Of a stretch of DNA of 64,000 nt, positions 34,601 through 45,652 are shown one piece after another. Position 1 is the stretch's first letter. Each line of letters starts with the position of its first letter. The stretch is taken from the NCBI RefSeq assembly GCF_964355755.1, contig NC_092670.1:3338201-3402200 (forward strand). Direction: 5' to 3'. A model generated the notes under the pieces. The model did not search any database. It was not told where the DNA came from and worked only from the letters and a program-made list of their open reading frames with translations. This stretch comes from Antedon mediterranea. Taxonomy: Eukaryota; Animalia; Echinodermata. A program made the translations under genes and the position numbers.

Positions 34601-36900
34601 GTTATAGGCGGCCTGGACGCAAGGACGGCTATTGGTGTGAGTACTTGAGTGGTGTGCAAAGACTGTATGATATAGGGTGCAAAATGTTGGACAGCTGAGC
34701 CTATACATAATGCTTCTATCTCACATGGTAACCATGTGACCTGGTGTTTTCGAAGTTTTGCATTGAAAAAACCAAAAAGAAGGACTTTGCCATTTCTGCG
34801 GATATAGAGCGGAGCGGCAATACCCCTCTCTCTCTCACTAAGCCATCAGTGACATTCCATAATTGGTCCTGAGCTTTAGGGATGGTAATGGTTTTATTGT
34901 CTCTAAGGGCACTTTGAGCTGTGTTGAATGCATGTAACAGATTTTCAGTCCAGTTAATTTTGGTGCGAGATTGTTGACCAGCAGTGACTTTGTCAAGTGG
35001 ATCCATGAGAGCAGCAGATTCTTTGAGGACTCGGCTGAGAACCTTATATGCGCCAACGAATGATCGTAATCCTTTAAATGGTTGCTGGAGGTTTAACTGA
35101 AGTAAGTGCTGTAATCCTATGTGGACTGGCTCGTAATGTCCCATTTGACCATATCCAACCTAATATGGTAGTAGTTTTAGGGCAGACATGTGTCTTTCGT
35201 GCCGAAAGGCGTAGATTATTTTTTGATAAGGCAAAGAGCGTTTTGCGGAGAATATCTTGGGGTGTATTGCCTCCAATGTATAAGTCATCAGCGATTTTTG
35301 AGACACATCCTTCTTGAATTAAGTCACCAAGTACTCGGCATGTCTCCGAACCAGGCATGCCCATTGCTGAGCGTGTGTAGACTCTAATACCTTTGAATGG
35401 TGTAGTGACTCCACAATATTTCGTGGAGTGTGAAGCCAAAGGAAATTGATAGTATGCTTGATTGAGGTCGGTGGTAATAATAGTTACATCGGGCAGAACG
35501 TTGTCGATGTTTGGCACTAAAGACGGTTGTGGTTTACTGTATTGGGTAACCTCCCCAAATGAGGTTACGGGACGATTGCCGCCGTTTGGTTTTTTTATGA
35601 GAAAGAATAAATTGAGATATTCAACAGTGGTGTTGACTTCTTCTGGTTTGGCAAAAACACCTTCTGTTTTTTCTAAGTCGTCAAATTTGGCTTGAAGTTC
35701 TAATAATGTGTCGCGGTTGAGGCAATCTCCCTTTCCATTGAGGTGGTTGCACAGGACCCATGTTAACCACTGCTTCAATTTTGCCACTGAACACATTGTA
35801 CTTTGATACCTTCGGGTTAAAAACATTGTCATACTGGGCGTGTAGAGAGACAAGTTGTTCACGTGTTTTTGGGGGGAGTTGCTTGTCTGGATCAATGAGT
35901 ATATCTGATGAGAAAGGTCGACAAGCAGGTTCGGATGTACGTGGGATATGAGGTACGTGAGTGTCGGCTTTAGTAACCATAGAAATGTGACGGACTTGGC
36001 AAAGACGATCATGACGAGATAATTCAATAGGATCATTGGTGTTATTGATGATTCGAATAGCATGTCCGATTGATTGTATTTCTTGTGGATTTGGCCAGAT
36101 TTTATCTGATTGAGAGTGTTGATTAACTTTGCTGTCATATCTTGGTTCAAGAGCGAGAAGTGAGTCAGGATCACAGTTATCAGGGGTTGTGAGTTGTAGG
36201 TAATCACCTGGTAGTGTGGTTTGTGTTGGGCACCGAAGTAGGCACGCCTGGACTCTTTGGATCAACGGTGTTGGATTTGGTTGAGAGCCGTAATTGAGTA
36301 TGGTGGAGTCATTGATGACGATTTGGCGTTTAGCTGGACGGGTGGCAATATCATTGCTGACTAAGAATGGATTGCCTGCGAGTACATCAACGTCTAGCTG
36401 TTTTACGACTAACGCGTCAAGTTGAAATGTGTATTCGTCAGGGGTTGTAGTATAGTCGTCTTCAGCGTGTACGAAGCGTGAATTGCCGAGACTATTTCTA
36501 TCAGCTGCTGGAAGAAATCTGCACTGGATTAGTGAGTGTGAGGTGTGTGGTCGTCCAGAAGATTGGCACAAAATGCACGATTTATTGAAAGTTTTGTTTG
36601 GTGGCTTTTGTTTAGACAAGTTGTTATACTGTGGCCTGTGCGGTCTGTTGAAAATAGCTGCGACATGCTTTGGAGTCGTCAATATTGCGAAGTTCATCCA
36701 GAAGTGAAGAAAGTGCTTGCCAAATTTCTGGTTTAAGAGAGGCGAGTGATTTATTACGTAGCTCTGATCCATACTTTTGTTTGACAAGTTGTGGCAAGCC
36801 CGGCTTTATAAGTTGGAGCCACATGACAATAATAGTGTTTTCCAGTGACGGTGATAAGTCTTCGTCTGTGGTCTTTTGTTAGGAGGTTGTCCTAAAAAAA
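31612..36900 (-). mobile_element. Decayed Ty3/Gypsy gag-pol (Zn-knuckle, partial protease, RT, RNase H, integrase)
   Basis: CILCQSSGRPHTSHSLIQC knuckle; LDVDVLAGNPFL; [13 protein letters not shown]...[12 protein letters not shown]...MGMPGSET...[10 protein letters not shown]; RH LRSFVGAYKVL..VTDG..VPTDFASR; IN HLRFHHP..CSSCHC, FAADV, RVDNAPGF, NPVAE. Multiple frameshifts. Confidence 0.92.
32403..33644. mobile_element. Kolobok-like MITE inserted in the Gypsy integrase
   Basis: TTAA|AGGGGGATTCTGGGTTTAAAAT...ATTTTAAACCCGGAACCCCCCT|TTAA; removing it plus one TTAA restores integrase GRFKNINKNPVAENAIKE. Confidence 0.9.
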
Positions 36901-36909
36901 GCTACAAGT

Positions 36910-37700
36910 CAATTCAATTCAATTCAATTCAAAGTAACATTTATTTTCTTCAAAATAAAACAGTCAACAAAATGGTGTAAAGAAAGGTAATATGATTGAA
37001 GAAGGCATGATCAAAAAAGCAAAAAGCTTGTGACAGACATGCCTAAACAAAGATTAGATAAAAACAACACGAAAAAAGAAAGTAAATAAATAAATAAATA
37101 CATTTAAAAAATAAAGAAATAACAATATAAAAAATTTACATAACATGGGTTAAACTAAATAAGTTTTTGATAGAGATCCTCAGGTTTTTTGTCGGTTAGC
37201 AGTTTGATGTTTGAGAGATCCAAGAAGTGCGCTCCGAGGACTGGAAACCAAAATGTTGTCGTATTTTCTGCCAAATGTCAGAAAGTGATGTTGATTGCTT
37301 TATAATAGAATTCCTGGATATGACAGAAAAAGTTTGCAATTTGGCCTAACATAAGGTCAAGTTGAGCATTTTTTTGAAGCGAAGTTTTTCTTGAAGCGGC
37401 GGGGGACAGTGTCGTCGTCAGGTATTCCCCTTGTGGGATTTCCTGCAGTTTTTGTTTTCAAGTAAATTTGTCAATTAGGAATGGTGTAAAATTTGCATCA
37501 AGAGTTAAAATATATACTAAATTCTGTCGCCAGTTTTCAAAAGAGTTAACTGTTTCATTTTTGGTAAGCTGTCATTGTTTTGGGGCTCTTGCAGTAGCCA
37601 TGTTGGAGGCAGTAAATGCTGACGGTGTAACGTAAACAAGGCTGGCCTTTACTCACTTGCGTGAAGATTGTCGGCTGAGAGGGCGTTCGGTTGACTACGT
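36910..37700 (-). mobile_element. LINE-derived fragment with (TTGAA)n tail interrupting gag
   Basis: (AATTC)n at 36911-36930 with a TTTATT polyA signal and a 3' UTR hairpin like that at 27880-28023. Confidence 0.55.
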
Positions 37701-39104
37701 CTATAATAATAATAATAACTTTATTGTATTTCTTTTTTAACAGAGGCACTATCCACAAGGGATATGCAACAAAATAATATAATAGTACACAGATAATAGT
37801 AAACACTTAATTGATTACAATATAAATGAAAGTACAAGTGATTAAAAAGGAAAACAAACAAAAACAATACTGAAATTAAAGTACAAATTACAGTAAAAAG
37901 TATTGTATATTTAAATATGTAGTACAAAAATCAATCAAGTAATTTAAAAGTATTATAAATTTCATTGCGTTCTTTCCATGCAATTGTTAAGAATAGTTTA
38001 CAAAATTTGTCAAAGATATTACTTGTCATTTCATAATTAACATTGGGTATAGATTCTGTTGTTACAATTTGGTATTCGTTATGGATTTCGAGATTGTCAA
38101 AAAATAGATGGTGTTTAAGTTCATCAGAGCTTGATGTAAATAGCTCCCAGATTTTATGTAAATGTAAAATGGTATAGCTCTTCTCTAAGTCTTTTAAATA
38201 TTGATTTTCTAGTATTAGTTAATCTAGTACAATTGAACACAAAGAGATAAAGTGTTTCTCTTTCACCACAATCGCACAACAAACACAATCCTGAATTTTG
38301 TTGTGACCAACCTTCCTTTCTTCCTTCAAGGGGTAATGAGTTTGAACGAGCTTTAAATTTTAAATTAGATGCATGGTAGCTACATTTTTCCAGTAAATAC
38401 TTTTCCATTTTTGGTTCATTTTTATATAGTAAATAATTTGTTAAGGATGATTTAGTTTGAGCATTATTAAACCAAGTTATGTTATCTTTTATAACATTTT
38501 TCTCTTTGAAGCCATTAAGCCATTTTGTACAATAGTCAATATTAAAATACATTTGCATATCAAATTTATTTAAAATGGTTTCAATAGTTTGAAGCCATTT
38601 CCAGTTAAGTATATCCTTAAAGCCTGTTTTCCTGTCGACGTTAAGTTACGTTGAGTTGCGTTGAGTTGACATATTCAACGATTTAACAGGAAAAGAGGGT
38701 AAAAATTAACGTTGAAAATCGTTAAAATCTTAAATCGTTAAAGTTGAACTCGGTTCAACTTTAACGATTACGATCGTTACGATCGTTAAAACTGACCAAT
38801 CAAATGGTCCACAAATTACGTCATTGCAGTTTGTGAAAAAATAGGTACGCACTGACAATTCTTGAATGTTTACAACGCGACGATGTTTTTCACCTTTTTT
38901 GTACACTTTTAAGGTCTGATATTTAAAAAAAACAAGTATAAGTTAAATTAAATTATAATATTAAACCAATTAAATTTAATGTTTGTCTTTAGTGTAAGCC
39001 TAGATTAAGATATCAACGAAAGTATGTCCTAGGCTGGGTTTAAGGATCAAAGCCCGTAACTTTTTCAATTTTCACGCGGTCCCGGCTGCGCGTGGCCGGC
39101 CTTA

Positions 39105-41868
39105 AGGCCTGTGCACACCAAACGCGAAGCCGCGAAGCGTCATGCGTCATTCGACGGATCGCTTTGGAAGTTGAATTGTCATGCGTCTATTAGTTTTTCT
39201 TGTCGGTTCCCACTAAACGCGTCACGATCTGCTGATTCGGCGCGATTGCTAGGGTGTTCCAGGTTGGATCTGCATACAATGAATAGTGTAAGTGAAACCA
39301 GGGAAGAGTTAAATTAAAATGTAATTTAACTCTTCCCTGGTTAAACCAATCACAGTGTTTGGTTTTGGTGGGAAAATGTTATCCTTTTCCAAAGCCTGAA
39401 ATGTGCATGATTGTGTGTATATTAACAATCAGTCAAACATCGTATCACAAGGACAGAAGAAGATGTATCTAATATCAATACAGTTACAAGAATTAAAGCG
39501 TTTATTGTTGATTACACGTACATGTGATCTGCTGAGTATATTTATTAGTGGTGTTACAAATATCTTTTGCAGCGTCAGCCTACCAATCAACAGAGGTGCA
39601 ATTATAATTACAGTCACATTGCAACAACATTTTATAACCATATAAAACATTTCATATAAACACGAACTGGGAATCTCCATGGGTTGACCAACTATAGTAT
39701 AGGTGTTTAGCACCTGTTTGGTCTTTCCGTGCCTCCTTTTATAATTGTTTTGTCTTCTTATGTTTATGGCAGAAATTGAATAAATAAATAAATAAATAAA
39801 ATAAACTATAGGCCGATATATTAATGTAAAGTTTTCACATTCATTTTCTAATTATTATTAAATATTATATTATTCATGACAAAACATACAGTTTTTTTCT
39901 CATTTGATTAAATGTAATAAATATCCCAAACTCATATTTACACTTTATATTATCTTATGACTTTTTTTTCACATAAATACACTTATTTAAATAGTGAATC
40001 ATTGTTTTTAAGGTATCATTAAATAATTAATCATTACACTGTATATTATCTTATGACTTTTTCACATAAATACACTTATTGAAATAGTGAATCATTGTTT
40101 TTAAAGGTATCATTAAATATCAACCAGATTTTCTTTTTTACTACTCCTGAATACTTTCGCAAAATAATATCAAAATAATAAATTTAAAAGGTATCATCCC
40201 CAAAAAAAAAATGAAAATTGAAGAAATATTATTATTGTTAAAAGTGAATAACTAACCCTAAAGTGTTACTGTATACTGTATTACACACACAACGAAAATG
40301 TTTTAAATTATATTTTCAGGAAGACAATATATCTTGTCAAAAAAATGACACTAAACTTAAAGATGTATTGTCCCATAGAATCATGAAAATTGAAGATGAT
40401 TAAAATCAAATTTGAATAGGCCATTTTGTAGTTTTAACAAAGTTAATCACTTACATAGAAAAAAAACCAACAAAACTTATGTTTTCACTTATAAAATGAA
40501 AAAAATTCCATTAGCTGGCAGCCAATTTGACTATTTTTTTAGTATTGGAGTATAACAAAACATATATATATATTTCCATGTGTTCTCTATTGCTAAAAAA
40601 AAGACATGCAGTTCAGCTTTCCTTCTATAACCACTTAATAAATACTAGTTACAGTCCAACTCCTCCTTAATCTCTTCCATTTTCTATTAAAAAAAAATGA
40701 AACAAGTATCAAAAAATTGCTATAGTAAGGCATATTGCTCAAATCATTTTTTTCTGGCCAATGTATGTCACCAACTGACATACCCATTTGAAAAAAGTCT
40801 ATACAAACCTGTATCAGCCTCATAATTGCCAGTCCACGTTTTTGAGGAGCAATTGCTCTTAATTCCATGGCAATAATATACTGGCCGCTTAAACTACTAG
40901 CTTGGTCATTGGTGGAGTTTGTAACGCTGGTAATAGCCTGAAGGATCCCATTTATCAATGTTCATCTCCCGGTTCATCTAATTGACCTAAAAAAAAAAAC
41001 AACAGTATTTATGTATTATTACTACTACTAGGCCTATCCTAGCCTTACAACACTAAATCAACTAAATATTAGGCCTATAAATATTAATTAATAATAATAA
41101 GTAGGCTAGGCCTAGCTAGGTAGGCCTAGGCCTAGAGTAGTACTGTACTCATTATTTAGACTTTTAGTAATAGTAGTAGTAGGCTTAACCTAGGCTAGGC
41201 CTGGCCTAGCACATAGTAGACTAGCAGGGATTAGTAAGTATTATGTAGGCCTATACGTACTACTTGGCATGGCCTAGCCTACTAGGGTATATGTAGCCTA
41301 GGCTAGGTAGGCCTAGCTAGGCCCTAGTATTGCCTAACTAAACCTCCTCCAACCTAGGTAGGCCTAGGCCTAGGCTAGGCTAGAAATAGGCTTGCCAACT
41401 CACTTTACAAATTGATCTCTGACGCGTTTTAGGCCTAGTTTTTCTGGCATTCTCCTACACAGATGTTTGTCTGAAATTATTGTCTTCATGCATTAATCCT
41501 TATGTTTCTGTCTGTGTATGACTTACTTCCCTTATCGTAAAGACAAGAAGGGTAAGTATTTCCATAAAGACCTCGCTCGTCAGCCACCATTTTTTTGCCG
41601 TCGGTGTCGTCGATGAGAGATATTCCTGACTTCTGATTGGTTGACGAACGCAAACCGCGCTCGCGACGCCTCAAAAAGTTGACCAAGGTTCAACTTTTGA
41701 AAATTCGCGTGCGAAGCCTTCGCTGCTGTCGTTTTCAACGCGTTGAAGTTGAAATTCGACTATCGTACACTGTTCGCTTGTATGTTCACACTGGAAGCGT
41801 CGTCGCCTGCCGCATGCGTCACTTTTTAACGCGAAATTCGCGGCTTCGCGTTTGGTGTGCACCGGCCT
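39105..41868 (-). mobile_element. Harbinger element remnant with decayed MADF/Myb DNA-binding gene
   Basis: TTA|AGGCCTGTGCACACCAAACGCGAAGCCGCGAA...TTCGCGGCTTCGCGTTTGGTGTGCACCGGCCT|TTA; YPSCLYDKGSKSYTDRNIRINA (MADF-like) at ~41486-41590. Confidence 0.85.
39299..39339. mobile_element. 41-bp TIR-only remnant with near-perfect 7-bp TSD
   Basis: GTGAAAC|CAGGGAAGAGTTAAATTA-AAATG-TAATTTAACTCTTCCCTG|GTTAAAC. Confidence 0.7.
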
Positions 41869-42849
41869 TTAGTTTTGCAACACTTCACGTCCGCGTGTCC
41901 CAGCAACGCTCGAGAGAACCAAGAAACTATGGACGATCGCGTAAAAATGTGTAAATATTAGTGGTCCGACTCGATCATCGTCATCGCTATTTTATTTTCA
42001 ACTTTAACGATTTTAAACTCAACGCAACTCAACGTATTTCAACGTCGACAGGAAAACAGGCTTTAGTTCAAAGATAGCTCTAAAAAGTAACCTTGGCCAA
42101 CGATATTCTTCCATATTTTTAAGTCTATAGAAATATTTTAAGATTCTATCTGATTGTATTGATTTGATTGATTGCTAGCCAAGTTCACCATATACGATAA
42201 AGTCAATGTGTCCTACAAGCATGTTTTATTTTTTCAATACAAAGATCAATTTCTTTATCATACCATACTTTTTGTTTTCTATTGTTGTTCCTTTGACCTA
42301 TTGTGTTTTCAGCAATGGACATAACATTATTTTTCCGAAATACCCATGCCTCATTGGCGTTTGATGAGGAGGGATCCCAATTTTCAAATTTGTCTATGAT
42401 TTCATTCTGGAACGGTACCCAGTCTGTATCTTTACATATGTTCCAAATTATTTTATTAGTATCATTATTTTTATTGTTTGCATGATTATTATTTGTTTAG
42501 AATTTATTGTCTATTAATTCTAATAACAATATATTATGATCACTTCCAAGGTGATATATACATAGGTCATCAATGATAAGTTCCTTAGTAATATTATATA
42601 CACTTTGAGAAACAAGTACATAGTCTAATATGCTTGTATAGTTACCTTTAGCCCAAGTGAATTTACCAATACATTTACTACAACTATTTAATATGGTAAG
42701 GTTACTATCCTCACAAAAATTGAGTAGACCATTACCATTATAATTAATTATATCATCTCCTTGTGGGATGTTACTTCCAATTTTACCATTGAAATCACCT
42801 AAAATAATAACTTTTGCATTAGTGTCTTCATTTTGTATTAAGAGTACTT

Positions 42850-42913
42850 CTGAAAGAAGTTCACAATAGAGTTCACATGTTAACATGTGAACTCTATTGT
42901 GAACTTCTTTCAG
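42850..42913. repeat. Perfect 64-bp palindrome inside the LINE endonuclease
   Basis: CTGAAAGAAGTTCACAATAGAGTTCACATGTT|AACATGTGAACTCTATTGTGAACTTCTTTCAG. Confidence 0.9.
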
Positions 42914-45234
42914 TTAAAACTGTTTAGTACATTCACATGGGAAATAAGCTATACATAAAAAGTAAGTTGAGTTGGTATTATTGTTTAGTTGGACCTTAAT
43001 CCAAAGTCTTTCCAGGTCATCTGATTTGGTTTCAAATAAATTATCATTGATTATTTTAATGTTTTGTCTTAGCAGAAATCCAATCCCACCTTGACTTTTC
43101 TTAAAGGAGGATGACCGGTTTTTACCAATCCATCTAAAATCAGGCATTGGTATTTCTTCGTTATCTTTCAAAAATGTTTCTGTCATTCCAAATATTTCTA
43201 TTTCTTTATTAGTTTTTAAAAGTTTAGTTACATCATATGTTTTGCTTTTATAACCTCTGATATTGTTGAATATTATCTTAATATTTGTGTTTTTAGATTT
43301 TCGTTTTTTTCTACTTCTTATTTTTCTCTTATGTTTGTTGTTATTGTTGCTGATATCGTCTTTGTTAATTAAATTGTTATTGTATAACTTAAGCAACTAG
43401 CGTTACTATTATCCGTACATTCTTGTTCATCAGTGAGAACATTAAATCGGTTCATACATTTTAAAAGTGAGTTTGTATTATATTGTTTATTTTTTACATT
43501 TTTAATTGGTAATTTGTTATTATTTATAGAAGTATAAGTATAATTATCACTTCCATACAATCTATTCCCAGTGTCTTTTGGAACGGCGCTTTCTTCTTGG
43601 CCATACCTCTAACCGTCATAGTAGTAGTATTCATTATCGCAGTGTGAATTGCATAGATTATGGTGGGATTTGTGTCCAAATTCGTTGCAGTTAAAGCATC
43701 TGATTGAATTTACGTGTCTGCAGTTTCGTGTAGAGTGATTGGTTTCGCCACAGTAGTAGCAACCAAAGTTTGTCCAATTGTCCTCTTCTTGGTGAGTGTA
43801 GCCTTGTTGTGTCCTGCGATCGATATTGCGTTTCGTTGGTGTTTGTCTCTCGTTTTGCGGTTTATACTTTCTTCGATTTCTAATTATTTTATGTGAGTTG
43901 TCCATGTTTTTCAGCAGTTGAGTAGTTCCCTTTTTACTTAAATGTAAGCCACTTCTGTTTAAGTATTCATTGTGACATGTTCCACCAGTTGATTTGAATT
44001 GTATGTCATTGTCTACCACTTCGCATTCCTCTTCTTTTGCCAGCTCTTTGAGTTGCGAATTCAATTTGTTAACTCTCCTTTGATGACTTGCGTTTTCTAG
44101 TCTCGGGCATACTGTAGATAGCACCATTCTAACATCGGGTGCCTTTGTTCTGATCTCTTTTAGTAGTGTTGCATATTCATCCGCTGCATTGTTTGCCAAA
44201 TCATCGTTGACACAGTCGTTAGTGCCACAGTGAACTATGATAGTATTTAATCCTTCCAACGATTTTCATTTTAGGGCATTTGTTACATCTTCGCTCCAAG
44301 AAGGCATTTCACTTGTGTGCTATCGAGGCCCTTCTCATTGATATGTTTAATGATGGAGTCCCCTATGATCAATGTGTCTCGTTCCCTTATCACATCCTCG
44401 TTACTAGATTCTGTTAAGTGGCTTGGTTGGTTTATTACTGCCCATATTCCATTGATTTCTTCTTTTAATTGATCATACGTTGTTGCTTGTGCGTTTATTT
44501 TTTCCATGAGTTTTTCATTTTCCGTTCTTAGGTTTTTGTTCTCCATCATCATATCATTGATCCCACCAGTTATTGTGAACAGTGGAATAGTGGGCGTCTT
44601 CCTGTTAAATTTACTCCTGTACATTGTGGATGGAATTTACTCGAGCACAGAGAGCATAGGACTGGTGTTCTTTTAAATGATTTCATGACGCAAGTAGCTA
44701 TGCATTTCACCTTATTATGGTATAGATCCGTTAACGATTTACTTTTTACTTGAGTTGGAGTAGGTACAGTTGGTGTGTTATTAATTGGTGTAGTCTGGTT
44801 CTTGGGTGTAACTTGCTTTGTTGCCATTGTCCAGTTTGAGCATTCAACTGTTCAGGGGCAGTAAAACAAAGGAAACAATAGCTATCTATTCTTCTTTCAC
44901 AGTACAGTACAGGAAGTCCTAACAGGTCCTAGTTTCTTCCAATAAACAGCTTTCAATCATTTGTTTTTGGCCTAGCTCTATCTGGTTAGCTTGGTGATAG
45001 GTCTGGAATGTGCTTGACTGAGCATCAAATAGACGTTATGGTGACCTAGATAATTCTCCAAAATGAATCTTCTAAATATAAAAAACTACGAACCTGATTA
45101 TTTCAGAGGAGCACACCAATATAAAAATATCTTGACAATTGTTGATACATAATGTAAAAAGTGGGATTTAAACACACCGCGTCTACACCAGCTGATACAC
45201 TCTTTGTGCCATAATAACGATTTATCAGAAAATG

Positions 45235-45307
45235 CGCTCAATGTGGTGCTAGAACCCACGACCCTGAGATTAAGAGGCTCATGCTCTACCGACTGAGCTA
45301 ACATGGC
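45235..45307 (-). pseudogene. tRNA-Lys(CTT) pseudogene
   Basis: GCCATGTTAGCTCAGTCGGTAGAGCATGAGCCTCTTAATCTCAGGGTCGTGGGTTCTAGCACCACATTGAGCG (73 nt) matches metazoan tRNA-Lys-CTT, but has 3 acceptor-stem mismatches and T-loop, T-stem and anticodon-stem changes; TTTT follows. Confidence 0.85.
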
Positions 45308-45364
45308 TAGACTTCAAGGTCGAGTCCGGTAGCCTAGCGGGCGAAAAAAAATGTTCAGTGATTT

Positions 45365-45382
45365 CATGGAGGTATCTCCATG
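45365..45382. mobile_element. 18-bp TIR-only P-like remnant with 7-bp TSD
   Basis: GTGATTT|CATGGAGGTATCTCCATG|GTGATAT; same terminus as 11847. Confidence 0.65.
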
Positions 45383-45451
45383 GTGATATATAAAGGTATG
45401 AAGTGTCTCTGTCTTCTGTTTATTGAAGCGATTTAGCGGTCGTGGGTAATG

Positions 45452-45462
45452 CGCTGCCACCA
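45452..45462 (-). promoter_or_regulatory. Retrotransposon primer-binding site (tRNA-Leu type)
   Basis: TGGTGGCAGCG immediately 3' of the 5' LTR on the minus strand. Confidence 0.75.
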
Positions 45463-45652
45463 CGGCAATAAAGACTTTTTTAGACAATTTTATGTATATG
45501 TGAACACTTTATTAATGTATAAACGTATATAATATCAACCGACACAATATAATGTAACACGAACAAACTAAATCTAAATCAAAACAATGTCCCTCGATAG
45601 GGTGCAAGGAGGCGCACTGTAACAATAACTCACGAGGACGTGAGTGATGGCG
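45463..45652 (-). repeat. 5' LTR of Ty3/Gypsy element
   Basis: ~190-bp direct repeat of 31397-31588 with a few substitutions and indels; adjacent PBS. Confidence 0.8.

Larger units (their letters stand above)
38620..42063. mobile_element. PIF/Harbinger-like non-autonomous element
   Basis: TIR AGCCTGTTTTCCTGTCGACGTT...GTTGAGTTGCGTTGAGTT and its reverse complement at ~42016-42062; TA or TTA target (ambiguous). Confidence 0.8.
37703..45040 (-). mobile_element. RTEX-like LINE, internally deleted (ORF1 PHD + SGNH esterase + 2 Zn knuckles; ORF2 APE and C-terminal CCHC region, RT core missing), interrupted by DNA transposons
   Basis: ORF1 pieces 44570-44827 (C..C..CSLC..FHPQC..C), 44283-44624 (IIGDSII), 43609-44259 (VHCGTND, GLHL, CYYCGETNH..C, CFNCNEFGH). 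APE 42497-43396 (NNIRG, MTETF, GGIG, LGDFNG, LDY, SDH). C-terminus 38154-38610 (FKARSNSLPL..CLLC). (TAT)n tail at 37703. Confidence 0.85.

Noticed and set aside
41020-41400. (CCTAG/TAGGC)-rich tract as a regulatory array (also 61680-61935)
   Set aside because: Degenerate low-complexity sequence scattered through the whole window, with no defined unit.
45098-45304. 68-aa ORF MLAQSVEHEPLNLRVVGSS...
   Set aside because: It is the translation of the tRNA-Lys pseudogene.
45235-45307. Functional tRNA-Lys gene
   Set aside because: Three acceptor-stem mismatches plus T-loop, T-stem and anticodon-stem changes make function unlikely.
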